Shown: positions 13,730 to 26,506, counted from the whole stretch's first letter. The stretch is 63,872 nucleotides of DNA, filler included, from Rhabdomonas costata (GCA_019059605.1; 56 parts of 56 records of this genome joined end to end with filler, not necessarily neighbours in it), one strand, 5' to 3'. Notes: a model not told the origin generated them from the sequence alone. Numbers and translations: made by a program.

Positions 13730-14538
13730 GGGTGGTTGGGGTCATCCGATTTTGAGGGTGGAGCGGCCTCAGGGAAGTTCTCACTGACGTCAGCCCCAGG
13801 CCAGCCTCCTCCGATATCAATGAATGACAGGGTGAAGCCCTGCACAAAGAGTCGACGTGAAGTGGAACAGCAATCGCAATTGGTTGGGGTTGGATCTGCA
13901 CACCGGCCTTGTGCTTCGCCAGGGTGCAGATTTCGGAAGAGTTCTGGGTGTAGTGGTTACGGATGCCCGGGGTCAAGAACTAACGTGAGGTGCATATCAT
14001 ACTAGCATGCCGCCAGCAATTCCTAGCATATGGTTATGATGGATGGGTGCAGTGTTGGCAGGGTCGTGGGGCTGGTTGAGTGGAGGACAGATCCGGTGCC
14101 ACTCAAAATCCGCCGGGTACCCATGGTCACAATTTCCTAATTTCCTAATTAACGACACAATAAAAGCAAACAAAAGCAAAAATCACATTTGCTGGCACAT
14201 TTTCCTCGGTCCTTAAAATGAACGAATAACCAGGGGCAATTACGGACGGCTCAATGTGCTCTCCTGATTTTCTTCTCGGTCTGGTGTTGGGCTATTGAAA
14301 CACATGGTCAGATTTCTGTAACCACAGATCGCCTGTGCTCTGGATCACCTGGGACTTAGCGTATTCAAAGATCTGCTTCACACGCTCCAAGCCCTTGGAG
14401 TGAGCGTCGACGTCGGTGCACCCTGAGCCCACGTGGAAGCAGCAGCCGATGAGGTTGGCGCCGTGCTGGCGGCAGAGCCGCACAAGCCGCTTGGCCTCGG
14501 CAATCCCCGCACCGAACTTCGACGAGAATGGCAGGGCG
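13730..14538 (-). CDS. ODC: Ornithine decarboxylase (group IV PLP decarboxylase), two exons
   Basis: Exon 14538-14349 (FSSKFGA...GCCFHVGSGC...IFEYAKSQ) and exon 13839-contig edge (GFTLSFIDIGGGWPG) joined by a phase-0 GT-AG intron; KFG, FHVGS and DIGGG motifs. Confidence 0.92.
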
Positions 14539-14863
14539 CTGTGGCTATGTTGTGGGACAACGTGGAGAGGAGTGGCTTCTACAAACGGCAACGCGGCAGA
14601 TGCCCAATGTTCACCGAATAATAGCAAAAGGATACCGAGAGAACAGCAATCGTAGGGAGAGTGGAGTAGGAGTGATGGGTTTGTGCTCAATGGTACACAG
14701 CAGGAATTATGACAGACAACATGAATATATCAAAATTCACAGTTTCCCACCAACACCCNNNNNNNNNNNNNNNNNNNNNNNNNNNNNNNNNNNNNNNNNN
14801 NNTTAATTAATTAANNNNNNNNNNNNNNNNNNNNNNNNNNNNNNNNNNNNNNNNNNNNGGTGG

Positions 14864-14993
14864 TGTAGTGTAGTGTAGTGTAGTGTAGTGTAGTGTAGTG
14901 TAGTGTAGTGTAGTGTAGTGTAGTGTAGTGTAGTGTAGTGTAGTGTAGTGTAGTGTAGTGTAGTGCAGTGCAGTGCATTGTAGTGTAGTGTAG
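14864..14993. repeat. (GTAGT)n microsatellite, followed by (CTGT)n at 15024-15075
   Basis: Directly visible. Confidence 0.97.
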
Positions 14994-15022
14994 TATTAAC
15001 GCTCCAGCAGAAAATGTCCGTG

Positions 15023-15081
<59 letters not shown>

Positions 15082-15555
15082 ATCCATTTTTGTTCTTTTT
15101 TCTGTGGCGCGAAGTAGTCGCCGTTTCAAGTCTCCGGGTTTTGTTCTGAGTGTAATCATTTTTTCGGTTTGCTTAGCTGAAGAAGTTCCCCTTGGTTCTC
15201 TTGTCTTCGCGCGCGCTCGCGTGTGTGGAAGCTCGAAAACAACCACAAACTTCAGAATGAACCTAACGTAGGTTAGGGGGGGGGTGGCGAAGGGGGAGGT
15301 GATCCGGACCAACGACTCGAAGGCTAGGTGGTAGCACTCGCGAAACTTTTGGTCCGGCCAGCCCCTTCCGTCGACTCTTTTCCACAAAACCCCAAGAAAG
15401 GTGGCCTATCCACCCCATTTGGGGGGGTCGGGGAACACGAAAAACACAGCTTGGAGCTTCGATTCGACCCTCAATTGGCCGATTTTTGGTCCAAATTGGG
15501 GCCTCCAAGGGGGTACACCGACAAAGGACCAAAATGGTATCCGGAAATCGAACCA

Positions 15556-15919
15556 ACTTCTACCCCTGTTACTATTAGTTCTGGTCTAACAGTATCAGAT
15601 CCATATGTGTTAGATGTTTTAAATAGTAAACATGGTGATTATAATGGCGCATCTTTAACTATTGCACGTTCTGGTGGAGCTGTTTTTCAAGATATATTCT
15701 CTTTTGGTAGTATGGTACATGTTGCTGTTGATACCGTTAATAAAACACTGTCTGCTGGAGGACATGTAATAGCTAATTATAATAACACTAATGTTCCTGG
15801 GGAGTTACAAATAAATTTTGTAAGTAATAATGGTACTGCTGCTACTACCGAATTAGTTAATGAAATTGTTGATGCAATTCAATATAGTAATTCTAATATT
15901 TCTTCAGGTCCACCAAACC
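15556..15919 (+). CDS. AT-rich fragment of a bacterial-type giant adhesin/Ig-cadherin-like repeat
   Basis: TPVTISSGLTVSDP..LDVLN...GDYNGASLTIARSGGA...DIFSF...L.INF...GTAATTELVNEIVDAIQYSN; abrupt shift to A/T-ending codons at ~15556; no intron. Confidence 0.6.
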
Positions 15920-18898
15920 NNNNNNNNNNNNNNNNNNNNNNNNNNNNNNNNNNNNNNNNNNNNTTAATTAATTAANNNNNNNNNNNNNNNNNNNNNNNNN
16001 NNNNNNNNNNNNNNNNNNNGGCCCCAGGTCCAAGAAGGTCATTAACCGCGCTGTGCACCCGCCGGAGCGGTTGGATAACCTTCTGCAGAAGTACCACCGT
16101 GTGCTCCGCTCTGCCGCGGATGCCAAGGCAAAGGCAACGCCACGGGTGGGAGGAAGGCGACAGTCCACTTCCCGTGACAAGCTCAAATGAGGCGTCCGAC
16201 GATCCGAAGTTGGATTCAATTGCTTGGTTCATTGATGCACTGTACGATTGATTACCTGGATTGAGGTGGTACAGTTATCTTCCGATTCTCGAGTTTCTGG
16301 CGGCGCTTGATAGTTTTCCGATTAGCAGTGTGGGAATTGAGTTAGAGGTTGGTTTCAAATGGATTTCTCAAGTCGACGAAACTTGCGTTATCTACACCAA
16401 ATTCTTCCAAAACTGAACCACACTTGTTTCCAACAGCTGAGAGTCGTCTTAGAAGATGAATCCCTCCGGGGTTGTCGGGGTCGGGTCTCAAGGTCACCTT
16501 TCATGCGTAGGGGGTTCGTAGGAGGTCGAGATCACCAGGTAGCAGGTGGGGTCAGAGGTCAGGCACACCCACACGTACCCCCTGGGGGCATCTGGGAGGG
16601 GCAGCAGGTTACCGTCAGCCTCACTTCTCAACCCCCAGGGTCAGATTTCCGGCTGGGTATTTGTGTTTCTGGGGTCGCATTTCTGGGTGTGGGTGTGGTT
16701 ATTCGGTCTTTGGGGTTACTAGGCTGCTACGCTGAGAGCTAGAGGTTTGTGTCTACGGGCGTTTTGCTGGTGTCTTTGGGTTCTGGACATGGGGTTGGGT
16801 TTCGGCATTCAGGCATTCGGGGCAGCTTCTCTTCTTGGGTTCATGGGTGGTGTCAGTGGGGTTCAGGCATTCGATCTAGGGACAGGGTTCATGGGAGGTG
16901 TTGCATTTCTAGGGGTTCTGTGTCGGGATTCTGGCTTCGTCTTCGGGTTCAATGCGTTTACGGAGCGGTGTCGGCATTCGTCTTCTGGCCTTCGGGGTTT
17001 GGGTGAGGGGTTCTTGCGTTGGGTTCGGGGTTCGAGGTGGGTGACTAATGCCAACCCCCCNNNNNNNNNNNNNNNNNNNNNNNNNNNNNNNNNNNNNNNN
17101 NNNNTTAATTAATTAANNNNNNNNNNNNNNNNNNNNNNNNNNNNNNNNNNNNNNNNNNNNTCATGCACACCGGAACATGGCTAGTCTTACGCAGAGCTGG
17201 CACCGCGGGCGGCGAAGCTGGAGAGCTCTGTGCGGGCTGCACGGATGGCTTCCGAGTCGGGGAGCTGCCGGGAGATGCCTTCAGGCCACCGGACTGAGAG
17301 GTGGACTTGGCCAGCGGCGCCCCACGACCGCGAGAGGCCTTCTTGGACTTGCGCAACTGGGGTTTGCTCTCGTGGCGCTTGGCACTGAACGGGCAATCGG
17401 TGACAGAACAGCAGAGGAAAGGAAGGTGAGATTGTTTGCTTCAGGTGGCAAACAGCAGTTGTGATTGCTGGATGAGAGTCGGTTGTGCACTTGTCCATCG
17501 TGTTTTCAGCTTCAGATTAAGGCCCTGTCACCCTCTCTTTCCCTCGGCTGTTTCAGGCTTTGTATTTACATGCATTTTGTGTTTTATAATCTTTGTTGCT
17601 TTTGTGTTTAGTTTTCCGCTGCAGATCTCTCTCGCGTTCCTTCTTGAAAATTGCTTGTTTTTGATGTTGCACCCCGGCTCTTCACGAACTCCTGTTCCTG
17701 TGGAGCAGTGCCGTTATGCTTTTCACACACAAAAAAAAAGATTAAGGCCACAGGCCACCAGAGAGGAAATGTGACGAACTAGACTGAAGGATACCTCGTT
17801 GCGGTGGGGGGTTCCACCTCAATGTCCAGATCGCCGTCCTCAGAGTCCTGGGAAGGCAGGGCACTCACTATCACAAACACAAGGCCACCGCACGAAGACT
17901 GTACTCTTAACCTGCAACTCTCCGCACTCGCTCGCGCACAGCCACAACTTCTGCACACACACACACAATTACCGGTGTAGTGAACCTGGAAGTATCTAAA
18001 CCTCGCATAGAATTGCAGAAGAAGAATTGGCGAGCATCAGCCATCAGATAAAGGCGTATATGGTCTGATGAGAATCGATAGACACACCTCATCGCTGAGG
18101 CTGTCTTCGCTCAGTAGGAAGCCCTGGCTGGAAAGCGAGCGCCCCTTTGGAGTGCTCATGAAGACTATAACTTCAGGTACCTGCGAAGAGAAAAACCCCC
18201 ACNNNNNNNNNNNNNNNNNNNNNNNNNNNNNNNNNNNNNNNNNNNNTTAATTAATTAANNNNNNNNNNNNNNNNNNNNNNNNNNNNNNNNNNNNNNNNNN
18301 NNTTTGTTGTGTGGGGATGTCAAAGGGGTAAGATTGCGGAAAGAAAAGGAAAGGAAAGGAAAGGAAAGGAAAGACAGAGAAGCAGCATCAGCATCGGGGA
18401 GGATGATAAGACAGGTCCTATGGCAGGCCACACAGGTTTTCACGCGTTGCGTTTCCGAACCCCTGCGAGCGCGTGCTAGCAAAAAAAAACAACGGTACTT
18501 GAGAACCCTGAAATGTTGGAATGGCGAGGAGCAATGATAAGACACGGGGGCACTGTACAGCGATTGCTCGGAGCAAAGAGGAATACAACAGCATCGCTCC
18601 ACGAAGTTTCAGTTCACAACGATCACAGGTTCCCCCTTTCAAGCCCCTCCCTTTCTCTTCTCCACCCGTCGCCACCCAATTTTTTGCACTTTGGAGAGCA
18701 ATTCTAAAGCTAGTATAATTCTACATAACAGAGGAGGCAAACGAGTGTGCAACGTACTCACCTTACCTTAGAATAAGGGCCTGCTGACCCTCACACCACC
18801 AAAATAATGTACATATGTCTCGCCGAATGCACTAGAAACTGCTGTGAAATTGGGTGGATGGGGATAAAAAAAGCGGTTGGGTATGTCGGCTCCCAGAC

Positions 18899-19042
18899 CT
18901 ACGAAGGGGACGGCCATCAGCCACCGAGACTGCGGCGTCAGGGGATCCGACGCTGCCCAGTCCGAGGGCGTCAGCAGCCCGTAGGACACTCGGTTGATCT
19001 TCGCCAGCACGTGGGGAAGCAGCGCTCGGATCCAGTCCGACG
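18899..19042 (-). CDS. DUF3638/DUF3645-family large protein, internal exon
   Basis: ag|SDWIRALLPHVLAKINRVSYGLL...PQSRWLMAVPFVG|gt; the RV.YGL...R..AVPFVG motif precedes KDVPS in this family. Confidence 0.7.
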
Positions 19043-19672
19043 CTGAGGGTATAGAATGCCCAAACCAAAATGTCATACTCACCGTACCGTTCATCAAGTC
19101 TAATACTAAATTATCCAAAAAGGTTTTTTCCGAAAAAATTAGGAAGGAGAATGGAGAAAACTGCGCTGGTTTGTAGTACCGTGGAGCACCGCGTGGGGAA
19201 ACAATAAAGTTGCCTTATGTGAGATGAAAGTTGAGACAACAAAAGCAGAGAATGAATGCATCCTCCTCTCGGAAGAGGTATAAGTTACGTGTACGGTTAC
19301 GGGAACGATTCCAAGACCACAGGAAAAAGATCCCCCCCCAACACNNNNNNNNNNNNNNNNNNNNNNNNNNNNNNNNNNNNNNNNNNNNTTAATTAATTAA
19401 NNNNNNNNNNNNNNNNNNNNNNNNNNNNNNNNNNNNNNNNNNNNGGTGTTGTGGTGCCTAACGTCGATGGTGCCTGTTCCTCACCCCAACTCAAAGAACT
19501 GTAATAAGGAGGAACAGGCACCATCGACGTTAGGCACCACCATTCCGCAACAGCCTTTTGGTTTGCACGGTGCTGCTTGGTTTGGGAAGGGGTGTCTCTA
19601 TGCCATGCTCGCTTCCTTGCTCGCTTAAGTGACTGAGGAAAGGAAAGATGGGGTTGGTATGTGCACGGACAG

Positions 19673-19771
19673 GTTCGGTTTCTGCTGGCCAACGCCTCCA
19701 CCGAAGTCAACGCGGTCTCCCCGGAAGGCACCACTGCCCTCTTTATAGCGATCCGCAACCCTGCCCTCCAG
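19673..19771 (+). CDS. Ankyrin-repeat exon
   Basis: cag|VRFLLANASTEVNAVSPEGTTALFIAIRNPALQ; V.FLL...VN....G.TAL..A ankyrin consensus. Confidence 0.75.
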
Positions 19772-19790
19772 GCGCGCGCGCGCGCACGCA

Positions 19791-19850
<60 letters not shown>

Positions 19851-21058
19851 CTCGGTTTTTCAACAAAGTGTGGGCACAGATTCACACCGCTACTCGCCCT
19901 TTTCTTGTGTTCTTTATGTGGGGGTGATGGCCTGGTGAAAGAACCTTGAGTGGTGCAAAAGATGCCATTCCGGACAGGAAGCAGCATACAGAGCTGGCAT
20001 AGCAAAACAGCACAGTGCATTGGGCACGTCCAGCACTTCAGGGCGTCAAATCACAAACGTTGCACCCGTATCAGTCCCGTCCTTGGCAGAGGGCTCGTGG
20101 GGCCGAGCGCTGGCGTGTGCACACCAAATCTTTTCTCCTGGGGTATGTAAATCTCTCTGTGTCACCGTGAACCTAGAGGAAAAAGGGGTATTTCCAAATC
20201 ACACACGCACAGGGGATTTAGGAACAGTGAAAAGCTCTAACATCAAACCATGTCATCATGTTTGCACAATCGAAGCTCAGAAGCTCAGAGTTCACTTTAC
20301 CTTTTTTTCTTCGTCGTGCTGATGCTTTCCCATTGTTCGTTTTCCTTGACTTGGCCTCCCGAGGACACCTGTCAGCTGAAAAACCGTTGCATCACCCAAA
20401 CCAACAGAATCTGAGCACATCGGTCAAACTGGAAACTGGGCACCGAAGTGAACTGCAAGAGGACAGATGCAGCAGCACCCCACACAANNNNNNNNNNNNN
20501 NNNNNNNNNNNNNNNNNNNNNNNNNNNNNNNTTAATTAATTAANNNNNNNNNNNNNNNNNNNNNNNNNNNNNNNNNNNNNNNNNNNNCAAGGGGCACCGC
20601 AACCGGCCGAGGGTGAAAGGTCAGAAACTTCTGACCCCAAAGACCGGCCACAGCGTTTCAGGAGGCCTGCTGTACATACAAAAGATTGCAGGCCTGCTAC
20701 GGCTTAGCACTCCATCCCATGACCACTAGCGTCCATCCTTCGCAAAGATAGACAGGTACACTTCCACCCTCAGGGTTTCAAACGAAACACTCACATTTCG
20801 GTCACCAGGTTTGTGTCAGCAAGTACGGGAGGTTCCCGAGAGATGAAAAATGGAAAGATGAAACCATCGTGAAGGAAAACGTGGAAAAAGAAAAGGTGAC
20901 CCTCGCATACACGCGCACCGCCTGGCTCGCTCATTCAACTTACAATTCAGAAACCATACCCCGATACTTTCCTACAGTACCTCAAACGTTCCTTTAGCGA
21001 GGATCTTCTCAACGCTCGGGTGCCGCAATGCTGATTCCCTTTCCTCCTTCACAACCAG

Positions 21059-21612
21059 GTTTGTGCCAGCACTTCGATACCAACGGCAGCGGTGCCATCG
21101 ACTTGCTCGAGCTCTCCCTCATGGTGGCCGCCCTGCAGAGCCCCATTACCAAGGAGGAACTGTCCACGCTATACTCGGAGATCGACCAAAGCAAAGACGG
21201 GAAGGTGTCCTGGAGCGAGCTGAAGGCATGGGTGGAAAGCGCTACCGGAAATCTGCAAAGGCTGACGGGCAGTCGGGACACCATCTGCAGAGTGTTTCTA
21301 GCCGCGGACACGGCGGAGGAGGTCGGGGCAGCCCTGCTAGATGACGGTCGACTGCATCCAAAGGAGTCCTCCGCTGCGATTCCTGGGATGACGATCATGG
21401 TCCGGGACCGGATAACGGGGAAGAGCTTTGAGGAGCGGATTCCGAGCAGCATCATGGTGGCGATGCGTCTGATCTACTCGCCATGGAGCGTGCGGGTGGC
21501 AGACACGCAGCAAGTGAAGCGGCTGTTGGCGCACCTCACGGAGAGCCAAGGGCGGCACTACAACGACCCCCGGAGCAAGGCCTCGATCCCAGAGTTTGTG
21601 AAGTACCACAAC
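21059..21612 (+). CDS. EF-hand-containing phosphatidylserine decarboxylase (PSD2-type), partial
   Basis: Two EF-hands (DTNGSGAIDLLE, DQSKDGKVSWSE) then IMVRDRITG...EERI...AMRLIY...LL..LT..QGRHYNDPRSKASIPEFVKYHN, the conserved segment preceding the PSD2 catalytic domain. Confidence 0.8.
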
Positions 21613-23348
21613 CCCCAAACACACCAACANNNNNNNNNNNNNNNNNNNNNNNNNNNNNNNNNNNNNNNNNNNNTTAATTAATTAANNNNNNNNNNNNNNN
21701 NNNNNNNNNNNNNNNNNNNNNNNNNNNNNGTGGTTGGTGGGATTCTTTCTCAACTGACTGACACCGGCGTATCTCTTTCAGAGCCTTTCATCTTATTCTC
21801 TTTTCATTGCGAAGGACGTGGTTTGTGCTGCACGCGGTGCGGGTGCCGCTGCGGTGCTTGGGAAGGGGCGAGGAACCGCTGTGGGACGGCGCGCTGCTAC
21901 ACACCCACTGCGACCCCTTGGGGCCGAATGTCAGCCGCCACGCCGCGGTGGACTTTGTCGAGGAAGTCGGCCTCGACGGTATGTTTAGCTTCGGGTTTTC
22001 AATGGACCTGAGTCCTCCCTTTCATACGGGTTCGAGATGCCCCTCGGGTTCGAGATTCTTTTATCGTATTTTTTTTTTGTTGTGGTACGTGTGCTATTAA
22101 CACGCCACGGAAGCATCCCAGGCGAGTTGGCCGACTCAGCCCCCTCTGGCCACGCCATGGGATGAGCACTACCCTGAAGATAATTCCCGTACGTCACCTT
22201 GAACTAACTAATTGCTGTTACCCAGCAGCAGGAGGGGATTACCGCTTTACCGCTTAACGCAAAATCTAGGCTGCAACGGCATAATTTTCCCGACCTCCTT
22301 GCGTAATATTTTGCCCATGTTATCTCAAAAGTTAGCTGTAGGGGCAAGGGTAGGCAAAGACACAACCAACCGGCCAAAAAGAGGTCAAAGCCAGTTTTTC
22401 ACCACCCCATTTTAGCTTCTAAGTATGAAAATGGCTGATTTAGAGTGCACTTTTTTCGGCTGTGACTTTTTGAGGTGACCAGAACAATGTTACCAGCATG
22501 AGGATGCTGTCACAGTTTAGCTGCCTTTTTATGTCATGGCAACCGTAACCCCTCAAAAAGGTCAATCGCGGAGATATTAAAGAAAATGACGCCGTCAATT
22601 GTTCCTCCCCGTAGAAAACGAAATGGCGTCGTTCTGAAAAAAGTTAAGCAGGTTACATCCTGAAGTAAGAAGAGCCAATCCAACGCCGAAATGTTTCGGA
22701 AATCGCTCCGCACCATTCTTGTCCTTTTGAGGTGTTCCTTTTTGGGGTCCCTGTCTCAACAACCCACAAAANNNNNNNNNNNNNNNNNNNNNNNNNNNNN
22801 NNNNNNNNNNNNNNNTTAATTAATTAANNNNNNNNNNNNNNNNNNNNNNNNNNNNNNNNNNNNNNNNNNNNTGTTGGTTTTGTGAAGTGTTCCCTTGCTC
22901 TTTGTTTTTCTTGATTGACGGTGTTGAATGGATAGAAATGTGAGAAGGCAACGAGCAAGGTGTGCTCGTTGCGCTACCACTGTCTTGACCGTGTTCTTCC
23001 TCAGTTTCCACATCTGTCCTCTCCCATCGAGCGTCCCCCTCATGAATCGAGCTTGCCGTTCTTGGGTGCTCTCATCTCTTTTTGGTGCACACGGTGTATT
23101 GACAACTAGCCTCCAGGGGCAACACGGTATTTCCTGTTTTCTGTTCGGCTGCCTCGATTTCCGTGTTTTTAATTCCCCTCCCATACACATACACATACCT
23201 AACTTTTGGGCTAACCGCGGTCAGCCCAAAAGGAGTCCCAAAAAAGTCCCAAGGATACCATGGACCTGATGCATTCATATGCTGCTGTGGCAGTCTGAAC
23301 GTATATGTGTGCGTTTGTGTTTCCCGCCTCCTCCGTATTGGTTTACAG

Positions 23349-23836
23349 ATGCAGCCGTACCTTCTGCGCAACCAGATCCGCTGGATCACCCACACGAAGC
23401 CGGGCGGATGGCTGCCGGAGACTCCTGTAGACTGGTGTGTCGCCTTTGATTTCACGGTTTTCAGTTATATGTTTGATGCTGCAACTTACCAGCCCTCCCT
23501 CCCGCCGGGCTTGTTGATCAATCATCAGCTACTGACTTTTCGTCGGCCATCGAGAAAATCAGCGTGGACTTTCAAGACTTCAACGGCACTTCTGTTTCGA
23601 GGCACGTGCCACTGATGGATGCCCTGTTCCTACCGGAAAAGCTGTGGCGTTGAGCGGGGATCCCCTCTTTTCTTCAGGGTGTTTTCGGACACCACCATGA
23701 CCACGCGTGAGTCGCTGCACCTTCTTCGGCAGTGGGTCTCCCTGGGATTGTGCAGAAGGTTTGTGTGGACGGTGAAGTTCACCAGAGATGCAAGCACGGT
23801 GGTGCCCTTGCTGGAGGAGCTCTTATCCCCGGAAGC
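23349..23836 (+). CDS. RlmM/FtsJ-like SAM-dependent methyltransferase, two exons
   Basis: Exons 23349-23434 and 23678-~23836 join in phase: ...WLPETPVDW/VFSDTTMTTRESLHLLRQWVSLGLCRRFVWTVKF, like P.DW.F(S/C)D...L...W...G.C..F..T.KF. Confidence 0.6.
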
Positions 23837-24013
23837 GCTTCCGGGGATAAGATCTCCTCCAGCAAGGGCACCACTGTGCTTGCATCTCTGGTGAACTTCA
23901 CCGTCCACACACANNNNNNNNNNNNNNNNNNNNNNNNNNNNNNNNNNNNNNNNNNNNTTAATTAATTAANNNNNNNNNNNNNNNNNNNNNNNNNNNNNNN
24001 NNNNNNNNNNNNN

Positions 24014-25045
24014 TGTGGTTTGGAAGGTGTAGTGCAGCTTGATGATGAAGGGGTGGGTGCAGCGCATCAGAATTCCCCGCTCGGTAAATAGGTCACGCAC
24101 ACCTAAATCAAATCAGAAGCATACACTTTAATCTCTTCCAGGAAACTGCAATAGCGACATTTTCGGGCAAAAAGAACCCAAAATACATCAAATAGTGTCA
24201 GTTCCACGCAATTAAAGTTTGTTATCATGATATCTCGTTGGTGTCAGAACTCTCTATTAATGCGAGGAAGGCGAACATTTTGGGACGAACCAATATCCCC
24301 ACAACACAATCGCCAGTGCCCTTTCCTTCTGTCAATAGCACGAAGCAGTTCCAGGGAAATAAAGTTGAAGCGTCAACACACGTATTTTGAAGCAAAATGC
24401 AAGAACTCACATCACCAGACACCAGCAATGTTCATAGTTTGGACGAGGGGAAAAGGCAATAATTAACTTGAACAGGAGCAACTGAACCAAGTGGAAACAG
24501 TGTGTGCGCGCAAGCAAGAAAAGAGCGACAGCAAGGGACTCTGCGCAGAAGTAGCTGCGGGGGGGGGGTGCCTACGCATTCAAAAATGCATTGTACATGA
24601 TGAAACCAGCCAAGGCTCGCTGAAAGGCAAAATGATTTGATCAGAACCTGGAAAAGATTTACGCCTTTTCGTCCATTGTTAATCGTACATTGGGAAAAAC
24701 ATGGTGTTGGCCTAAGCAACAAGTTCGGCGCACCATCGGAGTCCAGCGAGCTCGCCTTAGACACAGTCTTCATCGCAAAGTGCTGGTCCGTGCCCTTCAG
24801 GGTCACCAAAACCACGGAGCCGAACCGCCCTTGCCCCAACTTACCCTCCACCTCAAAGTTTTCCAGGCTGACCCGGACTCCCTCCCTTCCACTGTCCATC
24901 CCGTCCTCCCGCGGAGAAATCCTCAGTCCCATCGCACTGAGCGCCGAGACACCGGACATAATCCGAGTGGAGTTGGACCCCAGCGACAGCGGAGGCACGT
25001 TGAGCGTGTGGCCAGAGTAGGAGCGCGGAGGCGTCTTCTGGGCCC
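24014..25045 (-). CDS. AGC-family Ser/Thr protein kinase, two exons
   Basis: VSLENFEVEGKLGQGRFGSVVLV...FAMKTVSK (to 24734) splices in phase to GVRDLFTERGILMRCTHPFIIKLHYTFQT (from 24102). Confidence 0.93.
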
Positions 25046-26132
25046 CCACCCCCCCNNNNNNNNNNNNNNNNNNNNNNNNNNNNNNNNNNNNNNNNNNNNT
25101 TAATTAATTAANNNNNNNNNNNNNNNNNNNNNNNNNNNNNNNNNNNNNNNNNNNNGTTGGTGTTGATACCCTGGTGCAGTGGCAGTATTCTCATTGGTAC
25201 CCGTTTAAACGTTTAAACGGGTACCAATGAGAATACTGCCACTGCACCAGGGTATCAACAGCTTACAGCTACCGCCCAGACACACATTAATACCCTCTCC
25301 CTTCTCTGGAAATCGCGCTCTCAACATGTGCGACGCTTCCTTCTGGACTCATGTGTGTCTCGCTCGCTGTTCGTGCGCGCATTTGGTGGAGCGTGGCCCG
25401 TGCCCTTTCCAAGCCGTGTGAGACACCTCCTCGCGATAAAATGCTGGTCATGCTGCCTTGCTAGAAGTGGGCTTCTCTGGGTTTATGCTGTGACCCTGAT
25501 TGGCGAAGTGACAAAAACCAGGCACGAATTTGTCTATTCTGACACACTGTCACACTAATTTCAGTTGATGGAGTGGCACCTTTTCATGGAGTTTTAAGGT
25601 CAGCGACCATTGAAGCTGGCAATAGACGAGAGAACATTGCAAGCACTTGGTGCACTTGGCAAATATGACCTTTGACTCGAGGTCCAGTTCCATGTGGGGC
25701 TCCCCACCCTCGGCGGGAATGGTCCCATCCGGCCTCACCCCCTTCTCGCCTCGCTGTCTCACGTTACTCTCTCCTGCTTCACAGGGTTCGCGTCCCCCTC
25801 GGGACCTTCAACCGTAGGTGTAGGCGGGCCTTGGGAACCCCGATTGGCGCGTTTGTAGTACACTTCACGGACGCCCAACCCCACGCGCTCGTACACCCCG
25901 ATTAATCCCCTTGACGCCTTAGCGTACGCCTGGATTCTGCTTCAGTGTACACAGATGCCATCGCCTGCATTCCTTCAGTCTGTGCGTTTCCCTTCACCAC
26001 CCACCTGCGTGGTCTGGTCGCCGTGGTCGCTCCCTCCCGGTCTCAACTGCCCATTCCGGGTCGACGCTTCCCTTGCCATCATTCTCAGGTCCTGCTGACC
26101 GGTTTGGTTTCGATTGGTTTCCACGGCACATA

Positions 26133-26171
<39 letters not shown>

Positions 26172-26506
26172 ATGCAGCAGTCCGTGCAGGTGGAGNNNNN
26201 NNNNNNNNNNNNNNNNNNNNNNNNNNNNNNNNNNNNNNNTTAATTAATTAANNNNNNNNNNNNNNNNNNNNNNNNNNNNNNNNNNNNNNNNNNNNGTGTT
26301 GTGTGTGTGTGTAAGTGCGTCCGTTCGCTTGTTGGACAAGCTTCGACAGCGAAACCTTCTTTCTTGAATCCACTGTTTGTGAACATTTTGGAATTCAGTG
26401 GGTACGGAAACGGCCGCAGCCCTCAGGTTTGTTACCTCTTGCACGTCCTCCGGGAAGAGCTGTAGTCCAAATGTTCACTGACCGCTTTGCATCTCTTTCA
26501 ACAAAG

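Noticed and set aside
14803..15387. ORFs with HYTTL, TDRQ, CVCV or FVSFR repeats
   Set aside because: Translations of microsatellites
22020..22060. GGTTCGAG as a tRNA T-loop
   Set aside because: No cloverleaf, D-arm or acceptor stem
23204..23231. 28-bp near-perfect palindrome ttttgggctaaccgcggtcagcccaaaa
   Set aside because: Single short non-coding hairpin with no second copy or functional context
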